Positions 60,127 through 64,000 of a stretch of 64,000 bases of DNA are shown piece after piece. The notes under the pieces are model-generated. The model saw only the letters and a list, made by a program, of their open reading frames with translations. It ran no database searches and was not told where the DNA came from. How positions within the stretch are numbered: position 1 is the stretch's first letter; each line of letters begins with the position of its first letter. Origin of the DNA: Candidatus Tectimicrobiota bacterium (GTDB lineage Bacteria; JACPUC01). A program made the position numbers and the translations under genes. The stretch lies in assembly GCA_016192455.1 (NCBI GenBank), contig JACPUC010000016.1, forward strand, positions 1-64,000, in the 5' to 3' direction.

Positions 60127-61137
60127 CTACTTTTTCAGCTTGGCGGTCTCGACCGCTTTCTCGCCGAAGCCGTGGATGTTCACCTTCTCGATGGGGAGCC
60201 GCTTCTTCAGGGCCTTGTTGAAGACGAGGATATCCTGCAGCGCGTTGGTCGCCTCATCCGAGACGATCGGGTCGCTGCGCCATGTCTGCTGCTTGCGGTA
60301 GCGCTCCAGGGCAGTGACCAGGACCTCTGGCGGCACGCCGTCGTAGTAGGCCGTGATCGCCTGCGCAATCTCCTTCGAGGAGTGCGCGTCGGTCCACTGC
60401 ATCCCCTTGTGGATCGCGTTCGTGAACTTCTGGATGATGTCGGGGTGCGCCTTGATGTACGACGCCAGGGCGGCGAAGGTGGTGTAGGCGAGGAGGCCAC
60501 CCTCCACGCCGATGGAGGCGACCGTCGTGCCGATGCCCATCTTCTCGACCTGCGTGACCGCGGGCTCCGACATGGCTGTATAGTCGCCGCGCCCCTCGAT
60601 GAAGGCCGGCGCTTGGGTGGGGGGCGTCAGGGGCGTTACCGTAACGTCTTTCCCTGGCTGCAAGCCGTGCTTCGAAAGTACCCAGAGAAAGACAAAATGT
60701 GGGGTGCTCGCAGGCCGGACCGTCAGCACCGTCTTGCCCTTCAACCCCGCCCAAGTGAACGCTGGCTGGCCCTTGCGCGCCACCAGGAAGGTCGTGTCGC
60801 GCTGCGTGAGCTGCGCAAAGGTGAGGGCCGGGTCGGGCACGCCCTGCTCGACGGCGTAGTAGGTCACCTCGGGACCGAGGAGCGAGATGTCGTCCTGCTT
60901 CGTGAGCAGGGCCGAGAGACTCTTGTCGCCGCCCCAGGCGGTGCGGAACTCGATCTCCAACCCTTCGTCGCCGAAGTAGCCATTGCTCAAGGCGACGTAC
61001 TGCGGCGCGTAGGCGAGGGACCGTACCACCTCATTGAAGCGCACCTTCTGCTTCGCCCAGCTCTGGGCGTGCGCCGCCGACAGGGCGACGGAGAGGCTGA
61101 GCAGCAGCACCAGAACAAGGAGCACGCGTCTTCCCAT
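60127..61137 (-). CDS. NitT/TauT ABC substrate-binding protein (copy A)
   Basis: Signal peptide, EVVRSLAYAPQYVALSNGYF.DEGL, TAWGGDK and FAQLTQRD. Confidence 0.9.
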   Translation of the reverse strand: MGRRVLLVLVLLLSLSVALSAAHAQSWAKQKVRFNEVVRSLAYAPQYVALSNGYFGDEGLEIEFRTAWGGDKSLSALLTKQDDISLLGPEVTYYAVEQGVPDPALTFAQLTQRDTTFLVARKGQPAFTWAGLKGKTVLTVRPASTPHFVFLWVLSKHGLQPGKDVTVTPLTPPTQAPAFIEGRGDYTAMSEPAVTQVEKMGIGTTVASIGVEGGLLAYTTFAALASYIKAHPDIIQKFTNAIHKGMQWTDAHSSKEIAQAITAYYDGVPPEVLVTALERYRKQQTWRSDPIVSDEATNALQDILVFNKALKKRLPIEKVNIHGFGEKAVETAKLKK

Positions 61138-61302
61138 GGTATACCCCCCTTGAGCGTGAGTTTACCGAGACCTCTGAGTTAACAGCAGAACCTTGCCGCC
61201 TCGAAACAGCGCCGGCGCCCCTCGGTCTGGCGCTCTGCCGCCGGCGCTCACGGTCTCTCACGCAGCGGCAGGGAGCGGGCAGGCGATGCGGAGGCCATCC
61301 CA

Positions 61303-61418
61303 TCACTCCTTCCAGACCAGGAGCCGCCGCTCGAGGAGATTCACCGCCAGGCACATCGCGGTGGCGAGCACCAAGAGCACGGCGATGCTCGTCATCACGA
61401 GGTGCAGGTTGAAGAGGT
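61303..61418 (-). pseudogene. 3' fragment of the ABC permease (duplication scar)
   Basis: Encodes LFNLHLVMTSIAVLLVLATAMCLAVNLLERRLLVWKE*, nearly identical to the end of 62700-63554. Confidence 0.85.
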
Positions 61419-61513
61419 TTCCGCCCCTTCGACCGAATCGGCTCCCATGATGCTGGAACGGGGCGATGCGACGCCATGCCGGCGCGACGGCGTATGACTC
61501 CGCCGTGTTCCTC

Positions 61514-62524
61514 CTACTTTTTCAGCTTGGCGGTCTCGACCGCCTTCTCGCCGAAGCCGTGGATGTTCACCTTCTCGATGGGAAGCTGCTTCTTCAGGGC
61601 CTTGTTGAAGACGAGGATATCCTGCAGCGCATTGGTCGCCTCATCGGAGATAATCGGGTCGCTGCGCCATGTCTGCTGCTTGCGGTAGCGCTCCAGGGCC
61701 GTCACCAGGATGTCCATGGCAACGCCGTCGTAGTAGCTCTTGATCGCCTCGGCGATCTCCTTCGACGAGTGCGCGTCGGTCCACCGCATCCCCTTGTAGA
61801 TCGCGTTCGTGAACTTCTGGATGATGTCCGGATGCGCCTTAATGTACGACGCCAGGGCGGCGTAGGTGGTGTAGGCGAGGAGGCCCCCCTCCAGGCCGAG
61901 GGAGGCGACCGTCGTGCCAATCCCCATTTTCTCAACCTGCGTGACCCCAACCTCCCACAGGGCGGCGTAGTCGCCGCGCCCTTCCATGAATGCTGGCGCC
62001 AGGGTGGGGGACGACAGGGGCGTTACCATAACGTCTTTCCCTGGCTGCAGGCCATGCTTCGCGAGCACCCAGAGAAAGACCATGTGAGGAGTGACCCCGG
62101 GCGAGGTGGTCAGCACGGTCTTACCCTTCAACCCCGCCCAGGTGAACGGCGGCTGGCCCTTGCGCGCCACGAGAAAGGTGACGTCGCGCTGCGTGAGCTG
62201 CGCAAAGGTCAGGACCGGGTCGGGCACGCCCTGCTCGGTGGCGTAGTAGGTCACCTCGGGACCGAGGAGCGCGATCTCATCCTGCTTCGTGATCAGACCC
62301 GACAGGCTCTTGCCGCCGCCCCAGGCGGTGCGGAACTCGATCTCCAGCCCCTCGTCGCCGAAGTAGCCATTGCTCAAGGCGACGTACTGCGGCGTGTAGC
62401 CGAGGGACCGTACCACCTCACTGAAGCGCACCTTCTGCTTCGCCCCACTTTGCGCCTGCGCCGCCGCGAGGGCGACGGAGAGGCTGAGCAGCAGCACCAG
62501 AACAAAGAGGACACGTCTTCCCAT
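61514..62524 (-). CDS. NitT/TauT ABC substrate-binding protein (copy B)
   Basis: Same length (336 aa) as copy A and highly similar to it. Confidence 0.9.
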   Translation of the reverse strand: MGRRVLFVLVLLLSLSVALAAAQAQSGAKQKVRFSEVVRSLGYTPQYVALSNGYFGDEGLEIEFRTAWGGGKSLSGLITKQDEIALLGPEVTYYATEQGVPDPVLTFAQLTQRDVTFLVARKGQPPFTWAGLKGKTVLTTSPGVTPHMVFLWVLAKHGLQPGKDVMVTPLSSPTLAPAFMEGRGDYAALWEVGVTQVEKMGIGTTVASLGLEGGLLAYTTYAALASYIKAHPDIIQKFTNAIYKGMRWTDAHSSKEIAEAIKSYYDGVAMDILVTALERYRKQQTWRSDPIISDEATNALQDILVFNKALKKQLPIEKVNIHGFGEKAVETAKLKK

Positions 62525-62699
62525 GGTCTACCCCCCCTTTCGAGCGAGTTGAGAGATCAGTCTGGACTGACAGGATCACCTGCCGCCCCAGGAGCGGGCA
62601 GGCTCTCCCTCGTGCCGACGCGCCGCCGCCTGCGCCGGCGGTGTGCAGAGCCGCGGCGGGCGGCGGACGGAACTTGCCGGCGCCGCCCCAGCCGGGCGC

Positions 62700-63554
62700 T
62701 CACTCCTTCCAAACCAGCAGCCGCCGCTCCAGCAGACTCACCACCAGGTACATCGCGGTGGCGAGCACCGAGAGCACGGCGATGCTCGTCATCACCAGGT
62801 GCAGGTTGAAGAGGTGGCCGCCGTAGATGATCAGGTAGCCGAGGCCGCGCTTCGAGACCAGGAACTCCCCCACGATCACGCCGATCCAGGTCAGGCCGAT
62901 ATTGGTCTTTAGCGCGCCGATAATTGCAGGCATACTGCCCGGCAAGACGACCTTCTGGAGCACCTGCCACTTGCTGGCGCCGAAGGTGCGCAACAGCTTG
63001 ATCTTCTCCGGGCTCACCTCGTTGAAGCCAGCGGCGATCATGAGGATGGAGACGATGACGGAGATGGTCAGCGCCACCCCCAGGATGGCGGCGGGGCCGA
63101 AGCCCAGCCAGACGATGAAGACCGGCCCCAGGGCGATCTTCGGGATGCTGTTCGCCACCACGATGTAAGGGTCAAAGACGCGCGCCAGGAACTCCGACCA
63201 CCAGAGCACCGTGGCGGTGAGGAGGCCGAGGAGGGTGCCGATCACAAAGGCGACGATGGTTTCGACGAGGGTGGCCCAGACGTGTTGGTAGAGGGAGCCA
63301 TCGCCAAGCAGGTCGAGGAAGGTGCGCAGGATCTTCAGCGGCTGGCTGGTGATGAAGGGATTGATGAGACCGAGCCGCGCCGCCACCTCCCAGATGATGA
63401 GGAAGCCCACGAAGATGCCGGCCTGCGTCAGGAGGACGGCCCGGTTGCGGCGCCGCAGCCGCCGCAGGTACGCGGCGTGCAGTTGGCTGCGGGCGCCCGC
63501 CGGCAGTCTGGCCTCGGCAGGTCGTGCCCCTGTTCGCGCCTCAGTGGTCTTCAT
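62700..63554 (-). CDS. NitT/TauT ABC permease
   Basis: PKIALGPVFIVW, LRTFGASKWQVLQKVVLP and VIVGEFLVSKRGLGYLI. Confidence 0.92.
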   Translation of the reverse strand: MKTTEARTGARPAEARLPAGARSQLHAAYLRRLRRRNRAVLLTQAGIFVGFLIIWEVAARLGLINPFITSQPLKILRTFLDLLGDGSLYQHVWATLVETIVAFVIGTLLGLLTATVLWWSEFLARVFDPYIVVANSIPKIALGPVFIVWLGFGPAAILGVALTISVIVSILMIAAGFNEVSPEKIKLLRTFGASKWQVLQKVVLPGSMPAIIGALKTNIGLTWIGVIVGEFLVSKRGLGYLIIYGGHLFNLHLVMTSIAVLSVLATAMYLVVSLLERRLLVWKE

Positions 63555-64000
63555 AGCCAGCGTTCAGCTCCTGCCAGAGGCGGTCGAAGTACTCGTTGAA
63601 CTCCGGGGCCTTGCGCGCCAACAAAGGCGACGGTCCCTCGCGGCTCAGGATGATGGGCAGGTCCAGGCGCACGCTGCTGGGCGGCAGGGTGAAGAGGAGG
63701 ACGCGGTCGGACATCGAGATGGCTTCCCCGATGTCGTGCGTCACCAGCACCACCGTCTTGCCCGCGTCGCGCAGGATGGCGTGCACCTCGTCCTCGAGCC
63801 GCAAGCGCGTCTGGTAGTCGAGAGCCGAAAAGGGCTCGTCGAGCAGCACGATCTCGGGGTTGATCGCCAGCGTGCGGATGAGGGCGACGCGCTGCCGCAT
63901 GCCGCCGGAGAGCTGCCGCGGGTAGTAGTGACGGAAGCGCCACAAACCATAGCGCTCCAGCAGCTCAGCCACGTTGGCGCGCGTCGTGCGGCTGGCCTTC
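63541..64000 (-). CDS. NitT/TauT ABC ATP-binding protein (partial, 5' end beyond the window)
   Basis: YPRQLSGGMRQR, LLDEPFSALD and VTHDIGEA. Confidence 0.92.
   Translation of the reverse strand, partial: KASRTTRANVAELLERYGLWRFRHYYPRQLSGGMRQRVALIRTLAINPEIVLLDEPFSALDYQTRLRLEDEVHAILRDAGKTVVLVTHDIGEAISMSDRVLLFTLPPSSVRLDLPIILSREGPSPLLARKAPEFNEYFDRLWQELNAGYEDH

Larger units (their letters stand above)
60078..62815. repeat. Tandem duplication, two ~1.35 kb units (60078-61418 and 61465-62815)
   Basis: Both units share the downstream hairpin region, the SBP gene and the permease 3' end. Confidence 0.85.

Overview
This is a GC-rich (roughly 70% by eye) chromosomal window from a diderm bacterium. The outer-membrane beta-barrel, sigma54 activators, T4P minor pilins and many LLM/NitT-type transport genes suggest a deltaproteobacteria/Tectomicrobia-like organism, which is an inference only. 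Left to right it holds: a type IV pilus minor-pilin operon (fimT-pilV-pilW-DUF4124-pilX-like), a thiolase with a 3-hydroxyacyl-CoA dehydrogenase, a radical SAM/SPASM gene, glnE-archease-rtcB-alr, a GldA/F/G-DUF4340 ABC operon, a TPP enzyme, an LLM oxidoreductase, MaoC, a LivJ-like SBP and an acyl-CoA/aryl-AMP ligase. Next is a ~12.5 kb signalling cassette (28634-41198). After it come dapA-dapB, a TPP riboswitch with thiS-thiG-thiE, NitT/TauT ABC parts with an amidohydrolase, MmgE/PrpD, a cyclase, a RACo-like ASKHA protein, a CoA ligase, a thiolase, a lower-GC restriction-modification pair broken in both genes, and a NitT/TauT ABC operon with a tandemly duplicated binding protein. The best candidate for an undescribed system is the signalling cassette. 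It has two back-to-back sigma54 (-24/-12) promoters around repeated enhancer-like boxes. One arm carries a receiver-less bEBP with GSFTGA plus a large exported protein. The other carries RsbW-like kinase, STAS, a GAF-bEBP with a degenerate GVATGV loop, an SBP-like sensor, a Cache/HAMP-PP2C phosphatase and an OM barrel. No alternative sigma factor is present in the window. All calls come from motif recognition by eye; no searches were run.
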